64,000 bases of DNA from Oculatellaceae cyanobacterium bins.114 (GCA_033764315.1 JANRJA010000172.1:1-64000); one strand, 5' to 3'. Counted from the first letter of the stretch, positions 27,759 through 38,777 are shown. Program-made: numbers and translations. The notes: generated by a model not told the origin, from the sequence alone.

Positions 27759-30700
27759 ATGTCAACTCGCCGGACTGTTCTTGTTATCGCTGGCTCTGAG
27801 CAGAGCGTTGACCGCTATGAGCGTCAATTACAACAAGACGGGAGTTTTGCTTACCAAGTCTTGACTGAGCAATATGATACTCAGCTATCACTGCTGTCTC
27901 GATCGCAGCCGATTGATGGCATTCTCTTAGAACTTCATTCGCCCCATTCCACCAGTTTTGATATATTGAGGCAACTTAAAGAACAGATGAGCGATCGCTG
28001 TCCGCCGATTGTGGTTGTGGATGGTGAAGATGCTGAGATGGCTGTGCGAGCCTTTAAAAGTGGCGCAGTCGATTATTTGGTCAAAGACCGAATGACTCCT
28101 GATGACCTGCGGGGTGCCATGCGGAGTGCGATCGCCAATGCTGAGTTGCGACACCAACTCCAACGCAGTCAAGAACAGTTTCAAACATCGGTTGAGAACA
28201 TGTTGGACTGTTTTGGCATCTTTTCATCGATTCGAGATCAGTCAGGCCAGATTGTAGACTTTCGGATTGATTATCTCAACGAAGCCGCCTGTCAAAACAA
28301 CCAACTCCCCAAAGCAGTGCAGATCGGTCGAGGGTTGTGTGAAGTGTTGCCTGCCCATCGAGCCTCAGGACTGTTTGACGAATATCGTCAATTGGTTGAG
28401 ACGGGGAAACCGTTGATCAAAGACGCGCTCATTTACGATGACACCTATGGTGAACAGCGGCTGATCCGAGCGTTTGATATTCGGGCTACCCGGTTAAACG
28501 ATGGGTTTGTGGCCTCTTGGCGCGATGTGACCGATCGCAAACGCCTAGAACTAGAGTTGAGCAAAACCGCCACAGCACTTCACAGCAGTCAGCAACGCTA
28601 TCAAGACTTGGCAGAAGCCATGCCCCAAATTGTTTGGATGGCTGATGCAACGGGGGCGGCTAATTACTGGAATCAACGTTGGTATGACTACACAGGCTTG
28701 AGTGTAGCCGAATCAATGGGCTTAGCGGGAGCTAACACAGTTCACCCTGATGAGCGCGATCGCACCTTGGCTCATTGGAGCCAGTCGATTGTTACGGGTC
28801 AGCCGTTTGAGATCGAATATCGGATTCGTCGTTGGGATGGTGAATATCACTGGTTTATCTGTCGAGCACTGCCTACATTCACGGATCAGCAAGTCATTAC
28901 AGGTTGGATTGGCACCATTACTGATATTGATAACCAAAAGCAACTCGAAGCAAGACTGTTGAGTGCGATCGCTAACCATGAGCGCACCGAGCAAGTGTTG
29001 CGAGCCACAAATCAACAGGTCACTTGCATTTTAGAGAGCATGACCGATGCCTACGTCGCTCTCGATCGAGACTGGTGCATCACTTACGTTAACCAGATTA
29101 CGGCTCGCTTGAATCAAACGTCTCCAGAGGATCTCGTTGGCAAATCCCACTGGGATGTCTGGCCAGCGACCAAGGGAACGATTTGTGAAGAACAATATCG
29201 GTGGGCGATCGCCCATCAAACCCCAGCCCACTTTGACTATTTTTATGAAGCGAAACAGCGATGGTATGAAGTTCATGCCTATCCCTCAGCCGATGGGTTG
29301 GGCATCTATTATCGCGACATCCACGATCGCAAATGCACCGAACAGGCATTGCAAGATAGCGAAGAGCGGTTTCGGTTAGTCACCCATGCGGTCAATGGAC
29401 TGATTTTTGATTGGAATGTTCAGGCGGATGAAGTCTATCGGTCTGAAAAACTATTTGATCTGGTCGGAGTTGATCCTGCAGATGCTCCACCCACCGCAGT
29501 CTGGTGGCAAGAACGACTCCACCCGGATGATGCGGCACAATTGCAACTGCGCCTGCCTGAGGTGTTGAGTCAGTCTAATGGATTGTATGAAGAGGAGTAT
29601 CGTGTTCGTCATGCCGATGGACGCTGGATTGATGTATGGGAGCGGGGTTGCTTCATTCGAGATGAACAAGGGCAAATCGTTCGTGTGGTGGGTTCTACGG
29701 TAGATATTAGCGATCGCAAACGAACTGAGGCACGACTCCGCGACAGTCAAGCTCAACTGCAACAACAACTGGCAGAAATTGAAGCCATTTATCAATCTGC
29801 CCCGATTGGGTTGAGTATTCTAGATGCCGATCTTCGCTTTGTACGGATCAACCAGCGATTGGCAGACATGAATGGGCTTCCGGTTGAAGCCCACATTGGT
29901 CGCACTGTGCGAGAACTGTTGCCCGATTTGGCAGATGCGGCTGAACAGATTTTGCGCCCCATTCTAGAAACAGGGGAACCCCTGTTGAATGTCAAAATTC
30001 AGGGTGAAACCCCAGCCCAACCAGGGGTCAAACGCACCTGGTTAGAGCACTTTTTGCCCTTAAAAAGCGAGCAAAGCCAACGTGTCATTGGCATTAGCAC
30101 GGTGTGTGAAGAAATTACAGAGCGCATTCAGGTTGAGGCAGCCCTGCGCCAGAGTGAAGAACGCTTTCGCAACATGGCAGACAATGCCCCGATGATGGTT
30201 TGGGTGGTGGATGAAACGGGATATTGCACCTACCTGAGCCAGAGTTGGTACGAGTTTACTGGGCAAACCGAAGCAACTGGATTGGGGTTTGGTTGGCTAG
30301 AGGCAGTGCATCCGGGCGATCGCGACTTTTCTAAACAGATCTTTTTGGCAGCGAGTGAGCGTCACGAAGCTTTTCGCCTGGAATATCGCCTGCGCCATCA
30401 AAATGGGGATTATCGCTGGGCGATCGATGCAGCGGCTCCCTGGTTTGGGGAGGATGGCGAATTTAGAGGATACATCGGTTCAGTGGTTGATATTCACGAT
30501 CGCAAACAAACTGAGGATGCTCTGCGGCAGTCAGAAGAGCGTTATCGCACCCTGTTTGAGTCGATGAACGAAGGCTTTTGTGTGATTGAGATGCTATTTG
30601 ACGACCAGGACACCCCCCTTGATTACCGCTTTTTGGAACTCAATCCAGCCTTTGAACATCAAACTGGACTCAGCCAAGCAGAGGGTAAAACGGCACGACA

Positions 30701-33305
30701 ACTGATGCCTGACCTAGAACCCTACTGGTTTGAGACGTATGGCAAGGTGGCACTGACCGGAGAACCTGTCCGGTTTGAAAATGGGTCTGACACGTTGAAC
30801 CGATGGTTTGATGTGTCTGCTTTTAGAATTGGGGAGGCAGGGAGCCGAAAAGTTGCCATTTTGTTTAAGGACACCAGCGATCGCAAGCAGGCTGCACGAG
30901 AACTCAGCGAAAGTGAAGCTCGGTTTCGCACGCTGGCAGATAACATTTCGCAACTTGCTTGGATGACCAATGAGCTAGGCTGGATCTTCTGGTACAACCA
31001 GCGTTGGTTTGACTACACAGGCACTACGTTAGAAGAGATGCAGGGTTGGGGGTGGCAACAGGTTCAGCACCCCGATCATGTAGAGCGAGTGGTTAGCAAG
31101 TTCCGTCGCTGCATTGAAACGGGTGAAACCTGGGAAGATACCTTTCCCTTGCGAGGTCGGGATGGGCACTATCGCTGGTTTCTCTCCCGTGCGATTCCGA
31201 TTCGAGATGAGCAGGGTAAGGTGTTGCGTTGGTTTGGCACCAATACTGATATTACTGACCTGCGACAAACTGAAATGGCTTTGCAACAAGCCACTGAGCG
31301 ACTCAATATAGCCCTCAAGAGTGCTCCTCTGACTTTGTTTAATCAAGATCGAGAACTTCGCTATACCTGGATTTATAACCCGACTCAAAACTTTTTGGTA
31401 GAGGAGGTGATCGGTCAGCGTGATGAAGATCTGGTGTCTTTAGAGTCGGCTGCTCACCTGACCCGACTAAAGCAGCAGGTGTTAGACACGGGTGTAGGTT
31501 TGCGAGAAGAAGTTGAGATTACTAAGAATGGCAAAACGGCTTACTATGATTTGACGGTTGATCCTATTCGAGATAGCCAGGACAGGGTAGTTGGCATTAC
31601 CTGTGCAGCGGTGGACATTACCGATCGTAAGCAAGCTGAGGAAGCTCTGCGTCAGAGTGAAGATCGGTTCCGCATTGCGATCGAGTCGGCTCGGTTGGGC
31701 ACTTGGGACTTGAATCTCACTACCAACGAACTCGTTTGGGATGATGGGTGTAAAGCTATGTTTGGTCTGCCACCTCATGCCAAGAGCAGCATGGAGGTAT
31801 TTTTTAGCGGGCTGCATCCTGCCGATCGCGATCGCCTGGAGCAGATCGTCCAACGAGTTTTGAATCCTACTAGTGGTGGCTCCTATGACGAGGAATATCG
31901 CACTATTGGAGTTCAGGATGGTGTTGAACGGTGGATTCGAGCAAAAGGGCAAGCTTACTTTGACTCAAATGGCACACCCCGCCGTTTTATTGGCACTGTG
32001 CTGGATATTACGGAGCAGAAACGAGCTGAAGCCCAACGAGAGCAGCTTCTTCAACAAGAACAAGCCGCTAGAGAAGAAGCTGAACGGGCTAACCGCATCA
32101 AAGATGAATTTCTTGCCATTCTCTCGCATGAGTTGCGATCGCCCCTCAACCCCATCTTGGGGTGGTCAAAGTTGTTGCAAACACGCAAATTAGACGTGGC
32201 TAAAACCGCTGAAGCCCTCGCCACGATTGAGCGAAATGCTAAATTGCAGACTCAGTTAATTGATGATTTGCTGGATGTTGCCAAGATCTTGCGCGGCAAG
32301 TTGAGCCTGAGTGTAGCCTCTGTCAATTTGACGTCTGTGATTGAAGCCGCAATGGAAACGGTGAGAACGGCAACTCTGGCTAAAGGGATTTCACTCCATG
32401 CTGTGTTACCCCATGTTGGGGAAGTTGCTGGGGATGCGGCTCGTCTCCAACAAGTCGTCTGGAACTTACTCTCTAACGCCATCAAGTTTACGGCTGTGGG
32501 GGGTCGGGTAGAGGTGCGATTAGAACGGGTTGAAGGGAGGCGTGTGGATGAGAGAGGGGAGGGTGTCTCATTGCCCATTGACCCTTCCACCTCTCCACCC
32601 GTTTACGCCTATGCTCAAATCACCGTCACCGACACCGGAAAAGGCATTAATCCAGACTTTTTGCCCCACATTTTTGAGTCGTTTCGACAAGAGGATGCCT
32701 CGACCACTCGCAAGTATGGCGGCTTAGGGTTGGGGTTGGCGATTGTGCGTCAGTTGGTGGAGGCTCATGGCGGCACTATCACAGCCGAGAGTGCAGGTGA
32801 AGGGAAGGGAGCCACCTTTACGGTTCGCCTGCCTCTGCTCAGAAGCGAGACTATGAGAGATTATCCTGTCGCGATCGCCCCCCCTGATGCTCTTGCCCTG
32901 CCTTCTCTCCAGTTTCCTCTAGAGAGCATTCGAGTCCTTGCGGTAGACGATGAAGCCGATGCCCGTGAGCTATTAACCGTGTTGCTCACCCAATATGGAG
33001 CCGAGGTTTTGACAGTGACATCGGCGGCAGAGGTGTTGGCTAACCTGGAGTCGTTTCGCCCTGATGTGCTGGTTAGTGATATTGGTATGCCTGGTGTGGA
33101 TGGCTATACACTGATTCAACAAATTCGGGCATTACCGGCTGCACAAGGTGGAAAAACTCCAGCGATCGCCCTGACTGCCTATGCTAGAGAGGGCGATCAC
33201 CAGCGAGCGATTGCCAGTGGTTATCAGCGACATGTCACAAAACCGCTTGAGATAGAACAGTTGGTGGAAAGTGTAATGGCACTAGTTAAAAGTGGTACAA
33301 GTTAG
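27759..33305 (+). CDS. Hybrid sensor histidine kinase: degenerate REC, about 10 PAS/PAC, HisKA, HATPase, REC
   Basis: Repeated DITDRK PAC ends, SHELRSPLN, NLLSNAIKFT, GGLGLGL, C-terminal LVSDIGMP. Confidence 0.95.
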   Translation: MSTRRTVLVIAGSEQSVDRYERQLQQDGSFAYQVLTEQYDTQLSLLSRSQPIDGILLELHSPHSTSFDILRQLKEQMSDRCPPIVVVDGEDAEMAVRAFKSGAVDYLVKDRMTPDDLRGAMRSAIANAELRHQLQRSQEQFQTSVENMLDCFGIFSSIRDQSGQIVDFRIDYLNEAACQNNQLPKAVQIGRGLCEVLPAHRASGLFDEYRQLVETGKPLIKDALIYDDTYGEQRLIRAFDIRATRLNDGFVASWRDVTDRKRLELELSKTATALHSSQQRYQDLAEAMPQIVWMADATGAANYWNQRWYDYTGLSVAESMGLAGANTVHPDERDRTLAHWSQSIVTGQPFEIEYRIRRWDGEYHWFICRALPTFTDQQVITGWIGTITDIDNQKQLEARLLSAIANHERTEQVLRATNQQVTCILESMTDAYVALDRDWCITYVNQITARLNQTSPEDLVGKSHWDVWPATKGTICEEQYRWAIAHQTPAHFDYFYEAKQRWYEVHAYPSADGLGIYYRDIHDRKCTEQALQDSEERFRLVTHAVNGLIFDWNVQADEVYRSEKLFDLVGVDPADAPPTAVWWQERLHPDDAAQLQLRLPEVLSQSNGLYEEEYRVRHADGRWIDVWERGCFIRDEQGQIVRVVGSTVDISDRKRTEARLRDSQAQLQQQLAEIEAIYQSAPIGLSILDADLRFVRINQRLADMNGLPVEAHIGRTVRELLPDLADAAEQILRPILETGEPLLNVKIQGETPAQPGVKRTWLEHFLPLKSEQSQRVIGISTVCEEITERIQVEAALRQSEERFRNMADNAPMMVWVVDETGYCTYLSQSWYEFTGQTEATGLGFGWLEAVHPGDRDFSKQIFLAASERHEAFRLEYRLRHQNGDYRWAIDAAAPWFGEDGEFRGYIGSVVDIHDRKQTEDALRQSEERYRTLFESMNEGFCVIEMLFDDQDTPLDYRFLELNPAFEHQTGLSQAEGKTARQLMPDLEPYWFETYGKVALTGEPVRFENGSDTLNRWFDVSAFRIGEAGSRKVAILFKDTSDRKQAARELSESEARFRTLADNISQLAWMTNELGWIFWYNQRWFDYTGTTLEEMQGWGWQQVQHPDHVERVVSKFRRCIETGETWEDTFPLRGRDGHYRWFLSRAIPIRDEQGKVLRWFGTNTDITDLRQTEMALQQATERLNIALKSAPLTLFNQDRELRYTWIYNPTQNFLVEEVIGQRDEDLVSLESAAHLTRLKQQVLDTGVGLREEVEITKNGKTAYYDLTVDPIRDSQDRVVGITCAAVDITDRKQAEEALRQSEDRFRIAIESARLGTWDLNLTTNELVWDDGCKAMFGLPPHAKSSMEVFFSGLHPADRDRLEQIVQRVLNPTSGGSYDEEYRTIGVQDGVERWIRAKGQAYFDSNGTPRRFIGTVLDITEQKRAEAQREQLLQQEQAAREEAERANRIKDEFLAILSHELRSPLNPILGWSKLLQTRKLDVAKTAEALATIERNAKLQTQLIDDLLDVAKILRGKLSLSVASVNLTSVIEAAMETVRTATLAKGISLHAVLPHVGEVAGDAARLQQVVWNLLSNAIKFTAVGGRVEVRLERVEGRRVDERGEGVSLPIDPSTSPPVYAYAQITVTDTGKGINPDFLPHIFESFRQEDASTTRKYGGLGLGLAIVRQLVEAHGGTITAESAGEGKGATFTVRLPLLRSETMRDYPVAIAPPDALALPSLQFPLESIRVLAVDDEADARELLTVLLTQYGAEVLTVTSAAEVLANLESFRPDVLVSDIGMPGVDGYTLIQQIRALPAAQGGKTPAIALTAYAREGDHQRAIASGYQRHVTKPLEIEQLVESVMALVKSGTS

Positions 33306-33334
33306 AAATAGAACGCGATCTACAACTTAAAGGG

Positions 33335-33404
33335 CTAGATCCCCGGCTTCTTGTTGAGCATCTTCAAAGGGGTTGGGTAAATGTCACTAGAAACCGGGGA
33401 TCTA
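33335..33404. repeat. Inverted repeat of the GATCCCCGG family
   Basis: CTAGATCCCCGGCTTCT...AGAAACCGGGGATCTAG; related to 46627-46654. Confidence 0.65.
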
Positions 33405-33430
33405 GAGAAAGTCGCATATGAGGTAAATAG

Positions 33431-33640
<210 letters not shown>

Positions 33641-33673
33641 TAGGGTTGGATAGTTATGCTGAATTCCTGCTTA

Positions 33674-33930
33674 ACGTGAATTCGGGATAAGGATTTTGGC
33701 GGTTGAAACCGCAGCTACAGGAGCAAAACCGACCTGATATGAAATCTGGCTGCTTCCCTGTTGTAAGGCTACGGCTAAAACCTTTGCCTGTAGAAAAGTA
33801 ATTAGTAAGCAACTAGCCGGATTTTGTATGAGTCGGTTCACTCAACCCGTGATTCTCCATAGTTCGCGAAGGCGAACTTCGCTCTGATAGCCGCGAATTT
33901 ATTCGCTAGGCTCTTAAACCGAACTGACGT
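33674..33930. mobile_element. MITE of the same family as 5548-5710, with 6-bp target duplication TGCTTA
   Basis: Termini ACGTGAATTCGG...CCGAACTGACGT; TGCTTA at 33668-33673 and 33931-33936. Confidence 0.88.
33738..33828. mobile_element. 91-bp MITE nested inside the previous MITE, with 3-bp target duplication TGA
   Basis: Imperfect TIRs TATGAAATCTGGCT/AGCCGGATTTTGTA; absent from the 5548-5710 copy; TGA on both sides. Confidence 0.85.
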
Positions 33931-33997
33931 TGCTTACAGCGAGACGTCCGCCACGTTATCTGCTCTCTAACAAGCTTGACATTTAAGATAATCGCTT

Positions 33998-34249
33998 TTT
34001 TCACGCGTCCAATCTCTCACCTTCTACATCTGCGATAATGGGATTGGTATTTCACCCGACCATCTCGACAAAATCTTTCAAATTTTCCGCCGCTTACATG
34101 GACGAGATGACTTTGGGAGTGGAACGGGGGTTGGGTTAACCATTGCCCGCAAAATCGTCGAAAGGCACGGTGGTAGAATCTGGGTGACATCCACCCCCTC
34201 TCAAGGCAGTACTTTTTACTTCACTCTGTCCACAGAGGCAACCGTATGA
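33998..34249 (+). pseudogene. 3' fragment of a histidine kinase HATPase, phytochrome (Cph1/CphB)-like; not in the ORF track
   Basis: Reads [70 protein letters not shown]; no start codon; its TGA overlaps the next ATG. Confidence 0.85.
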
Positions 34250-34719
34250 CGCTTACTTCAGCTTTTCCGAGCAGGCAAACACGGCTGATGTTAGTTGTGG
34301 AAGATAGCAACGAAGACTTTGAGGTGTTGCACCGTTTTTTGCAGCGATCGCCCCTGACTATTACGATTCAACGGTGTATCACTGGAGAACAAGCCCTCGC
34401 GTTTCTCTATCGCACAGACAGTTATAGCGATCGCCAGAGTGCCCCCCGACCGGGTTTAATTGTGCTAGACCTGAACCTACCTGGAACGGATGGGCGAGAG
34501 GTGTTGCGCCGGATTAAGCAAGATGATACTTTGAAATCCATTCCAGTAATTGTCTTCACGACCTCTAATAACCCCGAAGACATCAACGACTGCTATCAGT
34601 ACGGAGTTAACAGCTACATCGTCAAGCCAATCAATTTTGCTCAGCTTAAACGCGACATTCAGACACTAATTGATTACTGGTTTGACGTTATTACTCTTCC
34701 TGACATATTAGAGGACTGA
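34246..34719 (+). CDS. Single-domain response regulator, Rcp1/RcpB type
   Basis: [35 protein letters not shown]-terminus. Confidence 0.92.
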   Translation: MTLTSAFPSRQTRLMLVVEDSNEDFEVLHRFLQRSPLTITIQRCITGEQALAFLYRTDSYSDRQSAPRPGLIVLDLNLPGTDGREVLRRIKQDDTLKSIPVIVFTTSNNPEDINDCYQYGVNSYIVKPINFAQLKRDIQTLIDYWFDVITLPDILED

Positions 34720-34901
34720 CAATGAATCAAGTCCCTTGTACCCTGTTAATCGTCTTAGAGCGTGTCTTAACAGTCTAGATTGAGAGAGCATTGGCGATTA
34801 AAGTCGCAGACTTCGGCGTGAGTTCAGACTTCCTACGACACCTTCCGTTGGCAAGGGAGGCGAGAGGGGTCGCATTTGCACCTGACGTTAGTAGTCCTAA
34901 A

Positions 34902-35906
34902 CTACCCCTCATTGGGGGCAGTCACTTCTGTCTGATCTACCCAATTTAAGTCAACAGCTTGCTCACACACGACTTGGGTAGTGGTAGCTGCTGGAATCAC
35001 AGTCGGGTTTTGTCCGGGGTTTGCGGTGACTCGGTTGGGGCGTTGCACAATGGAGCATACCTTTTGAACGTAATAACCGCCTGGGCGAGAACTGGGACCT
35101 CGCCAAACGGCTCTCAACGTCAGGACATAGCCTGGATTGCCTGCCGACACCTCTCCTTGCAGTTTCCAGAGCCGATCTTCGTCGGTTTTGGGAATTCGTT
35201 TTTTGACTTCTAATTCTAATTGGGCAATTTCAATGTCTGCCTCAAATAACCATCGCTCAACTTCGCTCCAGGGAGAACTTTCAAGTTGTTCTCGCACGGC
35301 TGTTTCTGCAAGATTCAAAAATGTCACTCCCCGTGAGTTTTGGTCAGATGGGTCAACCTTGATCACAAAGGCACTCCGGGTAAATTCGTCGGCGACTAAG
35401 CTGGGATATTGTTGCAACCAATCTTGCAGTAAAAAAAAGAACTGTAACCAGCAACTAAAAATCGTGCTGAGAAGCAATAACAAAACAATTTCTTGGCGAT
35501 CGATCGCATACTTTTTGCCATCTAATGTGGGGTTAACAACATCCAACCCATGTTTTAAGAATTTAGGAATGATGGCAATCAGAGCAGAGATAACGGGCCA
35601 GCTGATAACGGCTAAAGAGATGTCACTCCATCCATAAAACAAAAAGCTACAGGCTAATGCTCCTGTAATCCACGGGCCAGGATATATATCAATCCCTAAA
35701 ATATTTTGTTTGACTTTGGCTAAAACCCAACCCACGCCAATTGTTAAAAACAGCCAGCCCAGCCATGCTAAAAAGTCTCGAACGATGTCATTATCAACTA
35801 ACAAAGACATCACCCAAGAAAACAGACTTAGTAAGATGAACGTCTGTCCTGAAAAAGGTTTGACATCTTTAAAGTATTTAAGAATAAAGTCGATGACTTC
35901 TTTCAC
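34902..35906 (-). CDS. fraD: Septal junction protein FraD (DUF5357)
   Basis: N-terminal TM helices plus periplasmic domain; QYPSL..D.F..SAFV motif; directly downstream of fraC. Confidence 0.8.
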   Translation of the reverse strand: MKEVIDFILKYFKDVKPFSGQTFILLSLFSWVMSLLVDNDIVRDFLAWLGWLFLTIGVGWVLAKVKQNILGIDIYPGPWITGALACSFLFYGWSDISLAVISWPVISALIAIIPKFLKHGLDVVNPTLDGKKYAIDRQEIVLLLLLSTIFSCWLQFFFLLQDWLQQYPSLVADEFTRSAFVIKVDPSDQNSRGVTFLNLAETAVREQLESSPWSEVERWLFEADIEIAQLELEVKKRIPKTDEDRLWKLQGEVSAGNPGYVLTLRAVWRGPSSRPGGYYVQKVCSIVQRPNRVTANPGQNPTVIPAATTTQVVCEQAVDLNWVDQTEVTAPNEG

Positions 35907-35919
35907 TGAATTGCTTTTA

Positions 35920-36471
35920 CTAAATGAGTAAATCTAAACTGCCTTGCGTAATTAAGCGAATAATCAGAATCAAAGAGATGGCACTATAGCTCATAGCGTT
36001 GGCGGCTAAAATAGTGTTACCTAGCCCTGGAGAAATAATACTTCTTGTTGTCCGTCGAGATGCTCCAAATTTAGTGGCTTTGGCTTTTTGAGCCTCTGTT
36101 TCAGGAGGTTTGATGTCTCCTATAAACAATCGCAGATACGTTAATCCAAATAGCTTGACAAAGAAACTGGCAAAAAAGGTGACTGGGGCTGACAACATCA
36201 CCCACAAAATAAATCCCTGTTGCCAGTGATCAAAAAAAATGCAGTCGATCAGTTGCAGTTTGAGACCGGGAGGAATCAGCGGTTGAATAATTAGAAATAA
36301 CAGCCAGCCGACGGTTGTAGACAAAAAATTAATGGATGTGGCGTAGTGAATACTTCGCTTTTGGGTGAGATTGAGACGATAGCGCAAGACGTATGCCTCG
36401 ATGGCGATCGCCATCAGCAGCAGCAAGCTCTGAAACACAACCATCTTTAGCGGCAGAACCGAAACAAACAT
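35920..36471 (-). CDS. fraC: Filament integrity protein FraC
   Basis: VLPL..VFQ.L.LL.AIAIEA...S.HYA.SIN.LST..GW, TM segments, ILAANAMS. Confidence 0.85.
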   Translation of the reverse strand: MFVSVLPLKMVVFQSLLLLMAIAIEAYVLRYRLNLTQKRSIHYATSINFLSTTVGWLLFLIIQPLIPPGLKLQLIDCIFFDHWQQGFILWVMLSAPVTFFASFFVKLFGLTYLRLFIGDIKPPETEAQKAKATKFGASRRTTRSIISPGLGNTILAANAMSYSAISLILIIRLITQGSLDLLI

Positions 36472-36700
36472 GAGGGAATTTTGATCTCAACAGGGCAGCA
36501 GTCATGCTTGATTTAAACCTACTGCATTGCTGTGGGGATGCCTGAACCGCCATAATAGATATAAGCTCTATCGGTAGCATTAATGATCTAAACCAGGGAT
36601 TGACAACACTACTAATAGCGGTAATCTTTTGTAGGCGACTGTTTTCCTCACGCTCAACGCTGACCTAAATCACGCAACGTTTATTCATCATCTTAAAACC

Positions 36701-37834
36701 ATGACACGAACCGGAGTCGGTATTCGCACAGCCCAAACCCGCAGCGATCGCCTGATTGGTCAAATTCATGTGTATGACGGTGCCGGAAAAGGCAAGTCAC
36801 AAGCGGCGTTGGGGGTTGTTTTGCGGTCGATTGGGTTAGGCATTCGTACCTCGTGGCAGACGCGGGTGTTATTGTTGCGATTTTTAAAAGGGCCGGGGCG
36901 CACCTATGACGAAGATGCCGCGATCGAAGCTCTGCAACGTGGGTTTCCCCACCTAATTGACCAGGTTCGCACGGGCAGAGCTGAATATTTTGGCACTGAA
37001 GATGTCACCCGATTTGATCGGTTAGAGGCTCAGCGAGGCTGGGATGTGGCAAAAGGGGCGATCGCCTCTGGGCTATATTCTGTTGTGGTGCTGGATGAAA
37101 TCAATCCGGTTCTCGATCTGGGTTTGCTGCCCATTGAAGACGTTGTCAAAACCCTGAAAAACAAACACGAAGACTTAGAGATCATTGCTACTGGCCGAGG
37201 CGCACCCCAACCGTTGCTCGACATCGCCGATCTGCACTCTGAGATGAAGGCACACCATCATGCCCACGCTGCCCTGCATGGGATGGAAGGCATTGAAATT
37301 TACACCGGGTCGGGCAAAGGCAAATCTACCAGTGCACTGGGCAAAGCGTTGCAGGCGATTGGCAAGGGCATTAGCCAAGATAAATCGCACCGCGTGTTGA
37401 TCATGCAATGGCTCAAGGGTGGGTCAGGCTATACCGAAGATGCGGCGATCGCGGCTTTGCACCAGAGTTATCCCAATTTAGTGGATCACCAACGTTGTGG
37501 ACGAGATGCGATCGTTTGGCGGGGTCAGCAACAAGAACTCGACTATGTTGAGGCAGAACGAGGCTGGGAAATTGCCCGTGCGGCGATCGCCTCTGGGCTT
37601 TACAAAACCATCATTTTAGATGAACTCAACCCCACCGTCGATTTAGAGCTATTGCCCCAAGAACCGATTATTCAAGCCTTGCTTCGCAAACCTCGTGACA
37701 CCGAAGTTATCATCACCGGACGCTGCAAAAACCCTCCCGCTTACTTTGATCTGGCTAGTGTTCACTCGGAGGTCTTTTGCCACAAACACTATGCCGAAAA
37801 GGGCGTCGATTTGAAACGAGGCGTCGATTTTTAG
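36701..37834 (+). CDS. cobO: Cob(I)yrinic acid a,c-diamide adenosyltransferase with two tandem CobA/BtuR domains
   Basis: GAGKGKS and GSGKGKST P-loops, two LDE(I/L)N motifs, C-terminal GVDF. Confidence 0.88.
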   Translation: MTRTGVGIRTAQTRSDRLIGQIHVYDGAGKGKSQAALGVVLRSIGLGIRTSWQTRVLLLRFLKGPGRTYDEDAAIEALQRGFPHLIDQVRTGRAEYFGTEDVTRFDRLEAQRGWDVAKGAIASGLYSVVVLDEINPVLDLGLLPIEDVVKTLKNKHEDLEIIATGRGAPQPLLDIADLHSEMKAHHHAHAALHGMEGIEIYTGSGKGKSTSALGKALQAIGKGISQDKSHRVLIMQWLKGGSGYTEDAAIAALHQSYPNLVDHQRCGRDAIVWRGQQQELDYVEAERGWEIARAAIASGLYKTIILDELNPTVDLELLPQEPIIQALLRKPRDTEVIITGRCKNPPAYFDLASVHSEVFCHKHYAEKGVDLKRGVDF

Positions 37835-37898
37835 AAGACGATCGTCGATTCACAATTACGTTAGGATTGGGGCAAGCTGAGAACTTGCTCTGAGTTGT

Positions 37899-38777
37899 AT
37901 GCCTAGCGTTTTTATCAACCCCAAAACTGATTTTGCGTTCAAGAAAATCTTTGGCTCTAAACAGAGCAAGGATATTTTGATCAGTTTTCTCAACGCGATC
38001 GTTTACAACGAACAAGACACCATTCAAGATCTGGTGATTCTCGATCCCTATCAGGCTCCACGCATTGCGGGAATGAAGGACTCTTACCTGGATGTCAAAG
38101 CTACCCTGGTGGATGGCACCACGGTCATTATTGAAATGCAGGTGCTGAATGTTTTGGGCTTTGAAAAGCGGGTACTCTACAACGCGGCTAAAGCCTTTTC
38201 AATTCAGTTAGGGGTTGGTGAAGATTACACGTTACTGAATCCGGTGATTGCGTTAACTATTACCGATTTTGAGATGTTCCCTAGCAATCCTCGAATCATC
38301 TCGCGCTATCGCCTCAAAGAAAAAGAGGACTTGACTGACTATAGCGATGACATTGAACTGGTATTTGTGGAGTTGCCGAAGTTCAAGAAAGATCTCGATC
38401 ACTTAGAAACATTAGTAGACAAATGGCTATATTTTTTGAAGTCAGCCAGCCAACTTGAATCTGTGCCTTCTACGATGAGTGATGTGCCTGCGATTCAACA
38501 TGCCTTTACCGTTGCCCAACAGAGTAAACTCAGCCGTAAAGAGTTAGAACTGCTGGAGAAGCGAGAAATCTTCTTGCATGATAGCCGCAATGCTATTCTC
38601 AAGGCTCGACAGGAAGGACGGCAGGAAGGTGGACAGGTGGGTCGTAAAGCAAAAGCAATGGAGATTGCTCGTCAGTTGTTAGATGTGTTGGATATGGAGA
38701 CGATTAGCCAAAAAACAGGCTTGAGTGTGGCAGAGATTCAACAGATTTCTAACGGCTCTAAAAAGCTGGAGATCTAA
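37899..38777 (+). CDS. Rpn family (PD-(D/E)XK) recombination-promoting nuclease / putative transposase
   Basis: NPKTDFAFKKIFG, LDVKA, IIEMQ, C-terminal EGRQEG repeats and KTGLS helix. Confidence 0.92.
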   Translation: MPSVFINPKTDFAFKKIFGSKQSKDILISFLNAIVYNEQDTIQDLVILDPYQAPRIAGMKDSYLDVKATLVDGTTVIIEMQVLNVLGFEKRVLYNAAKAFSIQLGVGEDYTLLNPVIALTITDFEMFPSNPRIISRYRLKEKEDLTDYSDDIELVFVELPKFKKDLDHLETLVDKWLYFLKSASQLESVPSTMSDVPAIQHAFTVAQQSKLSRKELELLEKREIFLHDSRNAILKARQEGRQEGGQVGRKAKAMEIARQLLDVLDMETISQKTGLSVAEIQQISNGSKKLEI

